Positions 13,901-27,400 are shown, counted from the whole stretch's first letter. The stretch is 51,224 nucleotides of DNA, filler included, from Bipalium vagum (GCA_037834085.1; 3 parts of 3 records of this genome joined end to end with filler, not necessarily neighbours in it); one strand, 5' to 3'. The notes: generated from the sequence alone by a model not told the origin. Program-made: numbers and translations.

Positions 13901-16900
13901 ATAACTATTTTAAAAAACGTTTAAAACCAATAAAGTAACATAATTTTCAAAATGAATGAATTTTTCGATGATTTCTCTTATTTGTAACATTTGTATTAAA
14001 ATAATCTATTTCTTATATTAATCGCATTATATTTACTTTATTAATCAATAAGGAAAAATGGCATAATTAAAAAAAGTGAAATTTAGAAAAATTAGTGAAA
14101 AAACTAAAATTAGAATAGAGCAAATCGAAAGCAAAATAAAAATTCAACAAATCTTTATCGTGATTATTACTTCATACCTTAACACTTATACCTTTTTAAA
14201 TTGAGATTTAAATCTTTTTAGTTGACATATAATTATATAATCTAAAACATATTAATTTTTACAAAATATTACATCACCAAAAACATATTTTTAATATACG
14301 GAATTAAATATATTTTAACTTTATATTTCAAAGATTCTCTTGTCATAATTATTAATTAAATTTAGTATCAAACTATATTTAATTTATTTAATATAGATAA
14401 TTAACTAAACAAACGTTATCGAAAGACATTACATTAAGAAACATCTTGTCGCGTAAATTAGCGAAATTATTATACATAACAGAAACCCATATAACTTGGT
14501 TAATATTACCAGTAGAAACAAATTCGAGATGGAGGAAATACTTTGACATTATAAAGAAAATTTAATTTTCATAGAGCAGTCTATTTAGTCTTTTCAAACA
14601 GTAAACTAAATGTTTGTAATTTAAGCTTCTTGTGTAACTCATTTTCAGCACGATTTCCTGTAAATTAATCAACCATATCAACAATAGTTTCTATAGTTTA
14701 TAATGTTAGAGATTAATTACATCTCAAAAATCGAATTTTTCTGTCGAGCTGAGTTGGAAGAATACGGACAAAAAATCTACTTATAAATTGATGAAATAGC
14801 ACATTTTAATTATATTTTCAAGAATAACAACAAAATGAAAAATCTTAACCAAATTTAATAAATATAATTCTTTTTTTTTTAACTAAAAAAATTTTAAAAA
14901 TCCAATATACCATTATATTAATATTGATGTTAAATTTCTAAACATTATTTCGGTACTTGTAAAGTAACTATTATCAAATCATTTATTATAAGTAAAAACG
15001 TCATACTACGATACGTAAATGGTTCATATTACAAATTCATTCATTACAAAAAATTGACCAAAATTAAATGGTCAACTATCATAGCGAAGTTCATGGTCTC
15101 AATTGATTTTAAGCCAATTTTACTCTTAATAAAAAAATAACTTTCGTTTATCAAGGCATTTCATATAAACGATGCTCGAAATTTTTTGCAAGTTGTCTAT
15201 TTATGATCATTTTGTCCTGGTGTTAGTTTTTCTTGAAACATAAGCGAATCCTGGGAACCGAAACTTTAAATTATTAGTTTATCGGATTTATGGCCCGATT
15301 GGAGACGATAATAATATTGATAATAAAAGATTCAAGCTGACGATCTTAGTAATCATAATAATATTAAGTTGTCACATATGAAATGTCCGATTACATAATA
15401 TGTAATAAAAAGCAATAAAAGTCCAATAAAAAAAAGTTTTATTTCATTGAAATATTCACCATCAGATTTCACAAAATGCCAGTGGCATAAAAATCAGGTT
15501 CTCTGAATTCGGATATGCCCTTTTGACATCCCCCGGATTAGAAATAATTTTTTATCCAAAAAATTATTTAAATGCTTAAAAAAATGATATTCTGTCGGAG
15601 ATAAGTCGGGCGAATATGATGGATGTTTCAAAGTTTCAATTTTTAAGTGTAACAGCTATTGCAACGTCTTCTTTGAAACATTATCATGCAAGAGTATGAT
15701 TCCTTTCCTATTGATCAAAGAAGGTTGTTTAATGCTTAATGCATTATTTCAATTTCGGAACAACATTTATCTGAGTTAATAATTTCATCTTGTTCCAATA
15801 AAGAAAAATGTATGACTCCAGCCATAGACCACCATACTGTTCACATTGTCTTTTTCGGGTGTAAATCCGGCTTTGGACAATGTAAAGGAGCTTGGTCGGC
15901 ATCTAACCATTGAGCAGAACGTCTGCGATTGTAATGAATAACCTATTTTTCATCACACGTGACGATACGATTTAAAAATGGGTCTCTTTCATTTCGATCC
16001 AGCAGTATTTGGCAAATTTTCAATCTCTTCGATTTTTGAGAATTACTCAACAAAAGAGGAACCCATTGATCCATCTTTTTTTTTCATTCCAATGTCTTTC
16101 AAATGTCGGGAAATAGTCTGACGACTAACGGCTAACGTTTTTCCTAGTTCTCGAACTGATTGCTTGGTATTCAGTTCCACCTGTTTTCGTAAATCGTCGT
16201 TGCTAATGACGACCCCGGGGCGACCCCTTTCTCCAATTACCCGGGTCAGATCACCATTTTGAACCACCTCCGAATAGTTATTTCATTAGCTGATCCCTCT
16301 CCAAATGCGAAACTGATGTTTCTGGCGGCTTCTGATGCATTATGCATTAATTTCCATTCGTATAAAAAAATTGTTCGCATTTCTGTATTTTTTAATACCA
16401 TTCCCATGCCTTCTAAAATTATTTTAAATAATTCACTTTTTTAAAAAAATATTAAATATTGATTTTCCAGATTTCACGCTTCAAAATGATATTTAAATAA
16501 GTTCCAAATGTTAAATATTAGGTGAATTATAGTAGTTTTAAAAATTAGTTTTAAAATCTGACATAAAATTAATAATTTTGTCTAAGTCAGTATAAATATT
16601 AATATTTTTGAGAGAGCAATTAATTATCATGACAATATCATGTACTGAAACGATTAGATTTATCATTTTAATATTACTCGATTTTTTTATTCTCGTTACA
16701 GTGTTGAATTTTTATCTTTTAGAGTTGATCATTGACGATTTGAATAAAGTTCTATTGACAATTATTTGACTGATTTCTTGACTAAAGATTTTGATAGTGA
16801 TATCAAGAAAGTTAATTGTCGTATCGATTTTGTATTTTGATAGTCGTTTAGGAGAATAAAGACAATTATATTACATTAGAAGCACCTTTATTATAATAAA

Positions 16901-18663
16901 TATTTTTCTGCAGATATTCGTTCAAAATTTTTGTTTATATTTATTTTGAAACTGAAATTTATCCAAAAATAATTAAAAAGATCAAGGAAAAAAAATTACG
17001 ATAAAATCAGGGATCGGTAAAAATTGATTTAGAAAATTCAGAAAGGGCAAAACAATATACAGGTTGTCCCAAAAACACCGAACCGCAAACAAAATTGAAC
17101 AAGATTCAAATCACTTATACGGAAATTCCTCATTTAGGGCGTGAAGATGAAGTCTGTATGGTTTAAGACTAATGTCATACAAGATACGGTGAGTGAGGCT
17201 CGAGTAATCTTCAACTCTTCCGATGCCGGGTGGATAGAATTTTAGGAGAATGAACAAATACAGCTGCACTTTATCCCTGTTTTCTTTTGAACGAACTATT
17301 TTCGGACGACCTTCTTTAGGAGTATTTTATACACTTCCAGTTACTTCAAATTTACATGCATGATTGAACATTTTCGATTTACTGGGTACATGTATTCTGA
17401 AGTTTGTTTTACATCTTTCTTCAACAGCTAGCCTTTGCATAGTAATTCTTAATAATAAAGTTACAATCGTTTAAATCTAATATCCCTCGTTGCATTTATT
17501 AGAATGAGTCCAGAAGCGTGCGCTGAACAAAAATCAATAATATCACGCAATAAAAGTCATTCCAAAAACTATTCGTAGGAGGAAATGAATAGTAGCGTAG
17601 ATATGATAAAATGACATAAAAGAAAAAATTACGTTATTCGTTTTTGATAACTAATTTTTATTTAACTTTACGGTTTAGTTACTTTTGAGACACTATAGGT
17701 ATAGGTATTTTTAAAGCATATCGTTTCATTTTAAGAACAACATATTCAAATTCAAAATAAAAAATCAATGAACAACCAAAAGTATTATCCCACCTCTTTT
17801 ATAAACAATCCCCATCCTTTTTGTAATCCTACAAGTCGAAAAGGCAAATTAACAAGAAAATTGTTATCCACTTCAATTGTGATAGACCTTGATTTGGAAT
17901 TGTTACTACAAGCCATGAAAAATACGGATCTGTCACGGCCAACTGATTTTAATTTGTGAATTAAAATATTTCATGTAAATTTTAATTTGTTACTTGGATG
18001 ACGTTCGTTGGAAAAAATATTTTCAAATCTGTCAAAGTATTCAGACATATCATAATCAGGATCATCCAGATCGGCAAAATGATTGTATGCCCACTTTATT
18101 AAAATTTTTCTGATCTATAAGATTTTAAACAAAAGTTGATTATCTTTTTTGTAAAGACAAAAACATTGATAATAAAAAAAATAACCAAAATTTTAATATT
18201 AAATAAAATTTTTAAAATCACTAAAAAGATTTATTTTAAGATCTTCGCAGATTGACTTTAATCAATCATTTACAAAAAAATATCATTTTTTAATTTTACA
18301 AAATCTATTGTCTGTAAAATATCAATTAAAGGCTTCCTGAAAATCATTTCCATGCTAAAACCATGATGAAAATTGTAAAAATTTTTTGAGAAAAGAAAAC
18401 CAGTTAATAAAAACTTTAATATAATATCAAAATGACAGTGACCTTAATAATTATTTTAAATTTGAAAATGTACATTTATCCTCTTATTTACCATTGGAAT
18501 ATTTATTGTCAGATGTCGACAAATAATTCAAGGTACTGAAATTGCAAATGAATAGATTACTGAAGTGATCGGTTTTATTTTGTTAATTTTTGGTATTTAT
18601 GATACAGCACGCAGTTTTCTCTTTAACTAACTGAGAATGCCGTATCCTTCTTTCATAAAATTC
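1969..18663 (-). CDS. RAPGEF2: Rap guanine nucleotide exchange factor 2/6 (PDZ-GEF) homologue, partial (REM-PDZ-RA); GEF domain expected beyond the left edge
   Basis: Six GT-AG exons join in consistent phase. 17994-18114 gives IRKILIKWAYNHFADLDD..., the REM motif resembling LLWVNNHFNDF. 17794-17942 gives ...LPFRLVGLQKGWGLFIKE (PDZ N-half). 11973-12141 gives VKRS...GLRRGDQILSLANQ...IELVVKYN (PDZ C-half). 6674-6755 and 3096-3282 follow. 1969-2274 gives STSNPDL...QVIKVYR...ITNNTTAKDVV...YSLFM, the SNPDL motif plus RA domain. Less certain upstream exons lie at about 18300-18442 (GHCHFDIILKFLLT..., REM FLLT motif), about 18492-18560 and about 18632-18663. Domain order matches RAPGEF2/6. Confidence 0.9.
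12331..13492 (-). mobile_element. Decayed Tc1/mariner-superfamily element (DD37D/maT-like) with ~35-bp terminal inverted repeats
   Basis: Left end TA|CAGGTTAGTTAAACATGGGGCAAAAAATAAGGAA matches the reverse complement of TTCCTTAATTTTTTGCCCCATGTTTAACTAACACC at about 13455-13490. Internal minus-strand remnants read WPARSPDLN (about 12715-12741) and FMHD*ALVHF, resembling FQHDGAPAH. Many stops. Confidence 0.75.
15364..16500 (-). mobile_element. Mariner (DD34D) transposon, transposase pseudogene
   Basis: The minus strand reads MRTIFLYEWKL.HNASEAARNISFAFGEG..., IVTCDEK*, LLHDN and PSYSPDLSPTEYH, with frameshifts and stops; ORF 16043-16267 is an HTH fragment. The 3' TIR TTAAGTTGTCACATATGAAATGTCC is at 15364. 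The 5' TIR was not found. Confidence 0.9.
17060..17696. mobile_element. Non-autonomous Tc1/mariner-type element with degenerate TIRs
   Basis: TA|CAGGTTGTCCCAAAAACACCGAACCGCAAA at 17060 imperfectly matches the reverse complement of TTTACGGTTTAGTTACTTTTGAGACACTATA near 17667-17697. The interior is more GC-rich than the flanks and has no intact ORF. Confidence 0.5.
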
Positions 18664-19787
18664 TATATGGAGTTTTAATTCTGATAATAGAACCAATTTC
18701 AATTCTACGTTAATTTTGAAATACAACTTTTATAATTTTATATAATCAATATTTTTATGAAAAATAATTTTACAAAACCAAACTCTTTTGAAAAAGGTTG
18801 ATTTATAAAAAAAAATCAAAATATTTCAAGAAAATATAATTGATTTTGTTAAATAAATAACAAATCAAAACTCATATAATTTAAAATTATTATTAATATA
18901 AAATAAATAAAAATCTAGAACAGTCTTCCATTAAACAAATATCTCTTATGTGGTAAATATTAATAATATAAATACATATATGGTCAATATCTATGTTATT
19001 TATTGGAAATAAAGAATGTTAATATTCAATTATACTTCGATATTAATTAATTAAAACCATTTTACAGATAAAATTCAAAATTACTATAAGAATACTGTCC
19101 CAATATGAAAAACGTTCAAGAACTTCATCATTTTTATTTATTAATACAAATTATGAATTTCAATATTTATACATTCAGCTTTGTAGAAGACTGATATGGT
19201 ATATCATCTATACATTATTATAATCACTAATTAATATCTTGTTAAATTATTTAAGAACATGTATTTCTTTGTATTATGAGTTGAGAATATTTTTAGAGAA
19301 TTTAATTTGTTAAAAAAATAAAAATTTTTGCTCTAAAGCATCACTAAAATAACTATTTCGTTAACGATGTAGGTAAATATAAAAATAAGCAATCACTGAG
19401 CAGCAAATAAATAGGAAAGTTAATTTAACAATTAAATATTCATTGAAAAAATTAATTCCTAAAATAGCACACAATAGATTGTTCAAATAACAAATAAATA
19501 GAATAATCGAATTTTTCGCCGTAAAATTGAAAATTTTTACGATCGCCTCAAGATTTTATAACAGCCACAAAAAATTTCAAGATTGAAAACAAAATAAAAA
19601 CCCATAATTTTTTAAAAACTTATTACAATATTTCAACTTTAAAAATAGAAACTAAGAAAAGCCAATCCTATATTACGTTAAAATTATCTCGAGAAAATAA
19701 AATTTCTTCAATATTATATAGTGAACGCTCTCGTTATATATAATTATCATATAAAAAATTATATTTAATTATTTTATTAAAACTTAA

Positions 19788-19887
19788 NNNNNNNNNNNNN
19801 NNNNNNNNNNNNNNNNNNNNNNNNNNNNNNNTTAATTAATTAANNNNNNNNNNNNNNNNNNNNNNNNNNNNNNNNNNNNNNNNNNNN
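19788..19887. other. Artificial contig-join spacer (N44-TTAATTAATTAA-N44)
   Basis: Exactly 100 bp. The central 12-mer puts a stop codon in all six frames. The same structure occurs at 35444-35543. Confidence 0.95.

Positions 19888-19955
<68 letters not shown>
19888..19955. repeat. (AAT)n microsatellite at contig end
   Basis: Perfect AAT run directly after the spacer. Confidence 0.95.
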
Positions 19956-19957
<2 letters not shown>

Positions 19958-20707
19958 TTAATTACATTTATTTAATTACAAAAATTTCTTAAATTCAGAT
20001 AAATAATCAACAATAAATATTTTACTTAGAAATATTTCTTTGATAATTATTTATTGATTTAAATCTTTAACATTTCGATAATTGAGATTGTTCAATAAAT
20101 AAAAACAAATAAATAATAATTGTTAATTATTTCAGTTTGAACCAATCATTGATCTTTATGATTAATTGATCAAATCACAAACCGAAACTGAAAGTATTTT
20201 TGAAATTAAAAATCGATATTTTGATTTAAATCAATTACGATAATATATTTCTTTTAATAATTGATTAATAAAAATATCTTTGATTTTCTTTCACACATGA
20301 ATTTTATTTGATAATTATTAAAAATATGTTTTATTCAAATTTTACAATATTTAATTTTTATAGTTAATCTTTTAGCCATTATATAAAGTTAAAGGTTCTT
20401 CTTTATCTTCAAATGATTTCTTAAAAATAAATAAAAATATATTATTGAAGAAATGTTGTATTAAAACAAATATATTGACCTGTTTTTTAAGAAACACTTT
20501 CTTAGATCAATCTATTTTCAATTTAATTTAAATTTTATATGAAAGGAAATGGAAAAATATACAGAGAAATATGTTTATTATATTATATTTCTTTTTAATA
20601 ATAATCATTAAAAAATAATAATAATTAATACTAATAATGTATGATAATAAGGAGTAAGTAAATTAATCGATAAAAAAATTATTAACAAAGAAATAAATAA
20701 TTTTTAC

Positions 20708-21160
20708 GTTTTAATTTAAAATCCAAATATCCTTCTTTTGATGGAGTTCTGGTGACAGTAAGTGTTGGTGGGGTTGATGATGACCCAAACAATGTGGAGA
20801 ATCTTTGAAACTATCATATATGTGAGATATATTGAAAATTAGTCGGGAGATGTAGCTCAGTGGTCAGATTAATTTTCACTAACAATATAAAATAAATTTT
20901 CTATTGAACACAAAAATGGGATTGAGAAAGGAATCATTCATGTTCTGCAAAAGAATTGTCGATTGCTTAAAAAACGCGTTACCTAATTTTTCATGTTTCT
21001 TCAACTTGCCCGACCTTGTTACATGATTGTTGGATGATAATGTTGGATGTTTTGAAGAAATGTTTTGAACTGCTATGAATGGATCTCCACTAACCTCATT
21101 CAATTTATTATTGTTCCCCGCAATTTGATGACTGCAACACGTGAATTTTTCATGATTGAA
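20708..21160 (-). CDS. Probable coding exons of an unidentified minus-strand gene (possibly the RAPGEF2 N-terminus)
   Basis: An exon-like segment at about 20708-20810 (ag|FQRFSTLFGSSSTPPTLTVTRTPSKEGYLDFKLK|gt) and an open frame at about 20879-21157, both with raised GC. The spacer at 19788 separates them from the RAPGEF2 exons. Confidence 0.4.
20821..20880 (+). repeat. tRNA-like-headed repeat, copy 1 (internally deleted)
   Basis: TGTGAGATATATTGAAAATTAGTCGGGAGATGTAGCTCAGTGGTCAGA...TTTTCACT contains a Pol III A-box (TAGCTCAGTGG). About 45 of the first 48 nt match the minus-strand copy ending at 33567. Confidence 0.75.
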
Positions 21161-21433
21161 TTAGTCATTGTAATTGAGGTCAACCGAGTAATATTAAAAA
21201 AAAGCAATTAGGTTTATACAAGGTTTTATGAGATTTCTCCAAGGACTAAGTATTATTCGAACTTGAGTTGTTTGAGTTTAAAATTAAAGGTTAGAGGAGA
21301 ATTATTTTCTAACAAAAGTAACAAAACAAGAAATTTTATTAAACAATATAACAATAAGACATTCGGTGGATATGAAATAATATTGATCCAAACAAGTATT
21401 AAAACTCATATTAACCACACTTTTTCAATTTAG

Positions 21434-24400
21434 CACCCGTTTCAAAACCAGAAACACCACCCACAACATCCTTATGCAGTAAGTGAAGGGTATCGCGGAA
21501 CCATAAAGCCTTCTATGAATTTCAATGCGGAACAGGATTGTAACGTTCTGAGAAAGGCCATGAAAGGAATTGGTATGAGAAACTAATTGGAAATTGGGTG
21601 AAATATCTCTTTCCTTCTTATGTCTCTCTTTTCTAGGTACTGACGAAAAGGCCATTATTGAATGTCTGGGTCGACGCACTCTGGCACAAAGACTTGACAT
21701 AAAGAAGACATTTAAAACAATGTTTGGAAAAGTAAGAATATACAGAAACAAATAATTTTCATAAATCAAATAAAATTTGGACTATTCAATAATGTTTAAA
21801 AAATAAATTATTTGAGTCATTTTTAATTAAAAATCATTTTAAAAATTTTCTTCTTACTGTTTCGAGAATTTTCGTTATTGTGATTATCGAATTTATTATT
21901 ATTTATTACTTATTGTATTTCATTTAAAAATCATATAAGGTCTACAAATTGAAAAGGTTCCAATTTAATAAATGGCTTTAAAGTCACTATTAAATCGCAT
22001 TTTTTCCTCTATAGGTAAATATTATATTAAAGTTAATAGTTTATTCTCCCACGTGCTACTTACTCACCGGACATGGCGACATCAGATTATAATTAATTCA
22101 GGTCTCTTCAACATCAGCAGGATGATTTTTAGTTTAACAAAGATTGAAGATGTCAAAAAATCGATCTCAAATTACATTGAATCAAAATTGCCATATTTTT
22201 TCAGAACAGGTATTCGCCAGCTGCGTGAAAAATTGTTATAATGCATAAACAGTAATGGAGATTATTTCACAGAATAATTTTTGGTTATATGATGTAGAAA
22301 CATATATTTATTTTATCAATCTTTTGACATGTAATATTATTAAAAATAGGCACCTTTTCAATTTGTCGACCTAATATTACAAAGATATTCTTCTATAAAT
22401 ATTCGACGGATTCAATTACGTAACTGTTAAAAATGTTATCTCAATTCCAATTATTTTATTTATATTATATAATAAATATTCGATTTTCATTGAGAATATT
22501 TATGAGAAAAATGTAGAAAATTTTAATAAAATTTTTTCAATTATTTTTTTGATTATTGATTTTTTTATTATTAATATTATTTTATATAAATATTATTAAT
22601 TAGTTGATGATTTCATTTATTATAAAATATATTTTGATATTATTATTTCTGAAAATTTCTTAATCATGTATGTTGATATAATATTATTTATAATCTCTGT
22701 GATAATATTTTATTTTATTTATTATTTCATGTCAGAAAGAAAAAATATGATTGATATCAAATTGTGATCTTGATTATATTCATTTGAGATATTTTCATAC
22801 AGTATTGATACTTGTTACGATTTCATTTCAACCTTATGATTTTGTTTTCGTATTAATATTTTATTATTATTGTTTTATTACTGTTAAAGTTGTCTACAAA
22901 TTTAGGGAATAAAATAATAATAATAGTATAACTATAGTATTATTGTCGATTTGTAATGAGGTGTACTTATTTTGATATATTTGAAGGACTTAATCGAAGA
23001 GCTGAAATCGGAATTAAGTGGAGACTTTTGTCGATCAGTTGTCGAATCTCTCTATGACCAAGACTTTTATGATGCTTATAGCTTACGGAAAGCCATGGAG
23101 GGTGCAGGAACGCGAGAGAGTACGCTCACTGAAATTTTGACGTCGAGATCAAATCAACAAATTGAGAACATCAAAGTGACTTATAAAAAATGTAACGATA
23201 TTATTTTTTATTCCTTTAATCCTTAAAAGTTTTTCTAAACAATTATTCTTAAAAAAATATTTACTGCAAACAGGTATCTTTAAATAAAGTTATTTTATAA
23301 AAAATTAATTTCAAATTAAATTAAATGCTAATTAAGAAAAAATCATCATTTATTGATTTCTGCTTACGTCATTTTGTGAATTAATTTCCGGTTTCAATAT
23401 TTTGATTAGTACAGAATCATCACTAATGATTCACGATTTTTCTATCCTCCTCATAATATTTCTTTTGTTTGAAAATTCAAATTTTTAAGAAATATTTTAT
23501 TTTTTTAAATTTTATACTTAATAATTAATTTTTACTAATATTGATATTTGAAAATAAGAATCGATTAAGTTCTGAAATAATTTTTACATCGATAATAAAT
23601 AAAAATGTTAATTTTGAATTAAAATCTTTAAAATTTGTTTTAAAGGGTATAACAAAGAATTAGAACAAGATATAACCAGTGAGACGAGTGGCTTTTATAG
23701 ACGGATCTTGATTTCGTGTCTGCAGTGTAATAAAATGGAATTCGGCGAATTTAATGTTGATATTAATTTGGCCAGACAAGAGGCACAAGAATTGTACAAT
23801 GCTGGAGAAAAGTAATCTTTTAAAGCTGTAAAAAATGAATTATATATTGATTTTACTCTTTCGTTTTATAGACGACTTGGAACCGACGAGGCATGCTTCA
23901 TTAAGATATTTTGTTTGAGAAGTAAATGTCAGTTACGCGCTACATTTGATGAATATCAACGAGTTTGTTTTTCTTTCTTGATTCCTTCATCTTTATTATT
24001 ATTCATATTATCATTAATATATTAATACGTATATTCACAGAGGTATTATTTAATATTGGTATTTGTATTAAATTGTTAACTCTATCTGATGAGAATTCTC
24101 AGTTACCTTAAANNNNNNNNNNNNNNNNNNNNNNNNNNNNNNNNNNNNNNNNNNNNNNNNNNNNNNNNNNNNNNNNNNNNNNNNNNNNNNNNNNNNNNNN
24201 NNNNNNNNNNNNNNNNNNNNNNNNNNNNNNNNNNNNNNNNNNNNNNNNNNNNNNNNNNNNNNNNNNNNNNNNNNNNNNNNNNNNNNNNNNNNNNNNNNNN
24301 NNNNNNNNNNNNNNNNNNNNNNNNNNNNNNNNNNNNNNNNNNNNNNNNNNNNNNNNNNNNNNNNNNNNNNNNNNNTATCTGGTCGAGACATACTTTCTTC

Positions 24401-27400
24401 TATTGATCGAGAAATGTCTGGAGATTTGGCGACAGCTCTTAAATCTATCGGTTTTATTTCTATTATGTTTTAATGTTAAATGTTAATGCACAAAGTTTTC
24501 CCTATAAGCGACTCTATTTTTTTTAGAAGCACTTTTTGATATAAGCGATTTTTGTAGAAATGTAAATTAATTAGTCTATATCAATTTGTTTATGTGGGGT
24601 ATTTGAGAGAAATTACGAGCGCGTTGTAGAGTGTAAATCAAGTTTTTTACATTTTCTCAAGATTTTCTCAAAGAATTCAATTCCGATAAAAGAAAAGCTG
24701 AAAATGTTAGACGTGAAAAAGATTTATCCTCGAAGGAAAGTTTTAACAAATATGGTATAAACGAAATCTGACCGTTATCAAATAAAGTAAATTAAGGAAA
24801 ACCTGGAAGGAAAAGAGGAACCATACTTGGAATGCCGTAGCATGGGTGAGTTGATTTTGAGAAGTTTGTACCAAATGCTAAAAACACTTGGTGGAAAAAA
24901 TTGTCTGAAAAAGCACTTTTACTAGTGGAGCCATGGAAGACCCAATGTACTGAAAACAGATGATAGCAACGTATGTATTTTTCACTAAATAAATTGTCAT
25001 TTTACAACAACTGGACCAACAAATTATATAAAAGGTGTGAAAAAGGTACTGCAACAATTTATGCAGCAGTTGGTGGAACAAAATAATGATGGTATTGAAA
25101 CTAAATTAGGAAACATAGCCTATAAGATAATGCATCCTTGATACGCGAAGCATAGGAAGTAATGCCTAAGACAATTATTCGAAATGGCTGGAAAAAATTG
25201 ACAAAATCATTTACAATATATCGAAAAACCATTTTTCAATCGAAGACGATTTACCTTTAATTAGGTTATACAGAAATATTATACAAAATCGTATCCCAAT
25301 AAAATCACGCGATGAGATAATGGTGGCAATGAATCAATCAGAATATACAATTATAACGGACATGATTTGTCTAAAAGTGAAGATGAAGGTAATATTGATG
25401 ATGATTCTGGAATTGATAGTGGTAATAATAAACATTATGAAAAAAAGCATAACATTGATGAAATCCTGACAGCTCAGCAAAATAATTGGATGGGCAGAAG
25501 AAGAATCAATTTCAATTAATGAAATTTTAAATTTAAGACCGACTCGAAATAGGTCTGTTCTTAAAAAAATTTTATATTGATATTTGTTATGAGTATGTAG
25601 ATAACATTTTTCAAGAAATTAATTTTGTGTTCCTTTATCGCCTTAAGCGACAGACTTTCTATAAGCTACTTTTTTGAGAAAAAAATTTTATCTAGCCCAG
25701 GTCGCTTATAAAGAAAATTTAGTACATGCATTATTACATTAATGTATTTAAAACAATAATATTTTGAAATTCAGTTTTAAATGCTTAACAAAGTACGTGA
25801 CGTTGTCATTCCTTTACTTCATTACATAATTGTTTATTATAAAAAATTATAAGGAATTTTATGAGAAAAGTTTCCGTTTTCAAAAACTTCATATTTTCGT
25901 GAATGTAACAGTGGCAACTGTCAACCATTTCCCGTTTATTTCATAACTTTTGAATACCATCTATCAAACTAAATTCTTGACAACAAAAACGTATGACAGA
26001 GAAACAATAAAATCTATGAATTATCGATCTGAAAAATTAACGGATTGATTTCTCATACAACAGAACCATGAGAACAGATGTCATTACGAGTGTTCAACTT
26101 GCTTTACAATATGAAACCAAGCAGTCTCGTAGAAAACAATAATTTTTCATGACCTTGAACCATCTTCTGGGTCTCAACAAAAGGTTAAATTCAATAATTT
26201 TTCGAAATTTCAATCAGCTGATATTCATGATGAAAATCATCAGAAATTTCTGATCGTGTCTAACCTTCTGATTTGTTCAACTAAAGAGTAATGTTTATTG
26301 GACCCTTCTGAATATTGTGTTTTTGACTCGATTCCGAATTCTGAAGTCAGCGACAATTTTTCGTGTTTTAGACAGTGAAGATAAATCAATTTTTTTTCGT
26401 CACTCACTGAAATTCATCTGTCACACGATGGTGTTGAGCGACCAGAAATGGCTTGTTGACCAGTTTGTAAAACATATGTCCGTTGTCAATCTTGTTATGG
26501 AACATCATTGCTAACTTCTGAAACTGGACGACTTTTAGCGTCAAAAGTCTTTTTAGAAATCAATTAAATTAATTGTCTACAGTGCTTTGATATGGAAATA
26601 AGGAAAACCTTTATTAACTTTCGATGGTATTGGGTTGTAACATATGAAATTTCCAAATTTAAACAAACTTTTTAAAAAAATAATAATTAAGTGAAATGAT
26701 TTATTTATCATTTTGAAGCTTGAAATCTTTATCATCGTTTGTTTTAACAAGTGAATTATTTAAATTAAGAAATACGAAAATATGTAAAATATGTTTTTAC
26801 TAATGGAAATTGAAGCATAATGCAGCTGATGATTTTCGCAACATTAATTTCGCATTTGGAGAGTTTATTTAATTTTTGGCAATTGCTAAAAGGATCACCG
26901 AACCTGGGTCAATGTTGGTAAGGAGCGACCCGAAGTCATCATTGATAGTGACTATTTACGTTGCGACTTTGAAATAAATACAAGTCAACTTAAATAATTC
27001 CATACATTATTCTTTCTTAAAAAAAGGTGAAACTATCACCTCAGACAAATGCTCTGAATTTAAAATGATACATAAAATTATCTATTAAACGACTGTCATT
27101 GATCAATAGAAAAGGAATAATCCTGTTACATTACAATACTTGACTACATGTGTCAAAGAAGACGTTGTAAAAGCTGACTGACTAAATATGGAGACGGTGA
27201 TATCCTCCGTATTCGCCGAAATAATACAAAATTATCGCTGATAGATTATTCTTTTATTAAACATTTAGTTTTCTTCTTGGATAAAAAAAACTTAATTGAT
27301 CCGCCTGATGCCGAAATCATCATATCCGACTTCTTTCATTCTTGAAATTATGAGTTTTATGTGAATGGCATTCTGAATATATCATAGTTTGTTGGTAGTG

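Noticed and set aside
17768-17959. Plus-strand ORF of 63 aa
   Set aside because: It is the antisense shadow of the RAPGEF2 REM/PDZ exon.
18492-18663. An in-frame TAA inside an otherwise open minus-strand frame, suggesting stop-codon reassignment
   Set aside because: A phase-compatible GT-AG intron removes it. Annexin ends at TAA in the conserved position, and Sin3 splices cleanly under the standard code.
21425-21769. Minus-strand 114-aa ORF
   Set aside because: It is the antisense shadow of annexin exons 1-2.
24068-24406. ORFs spanning N runs (also 34343-34626)
   Set aside because: They are artefacts of translating gaps.
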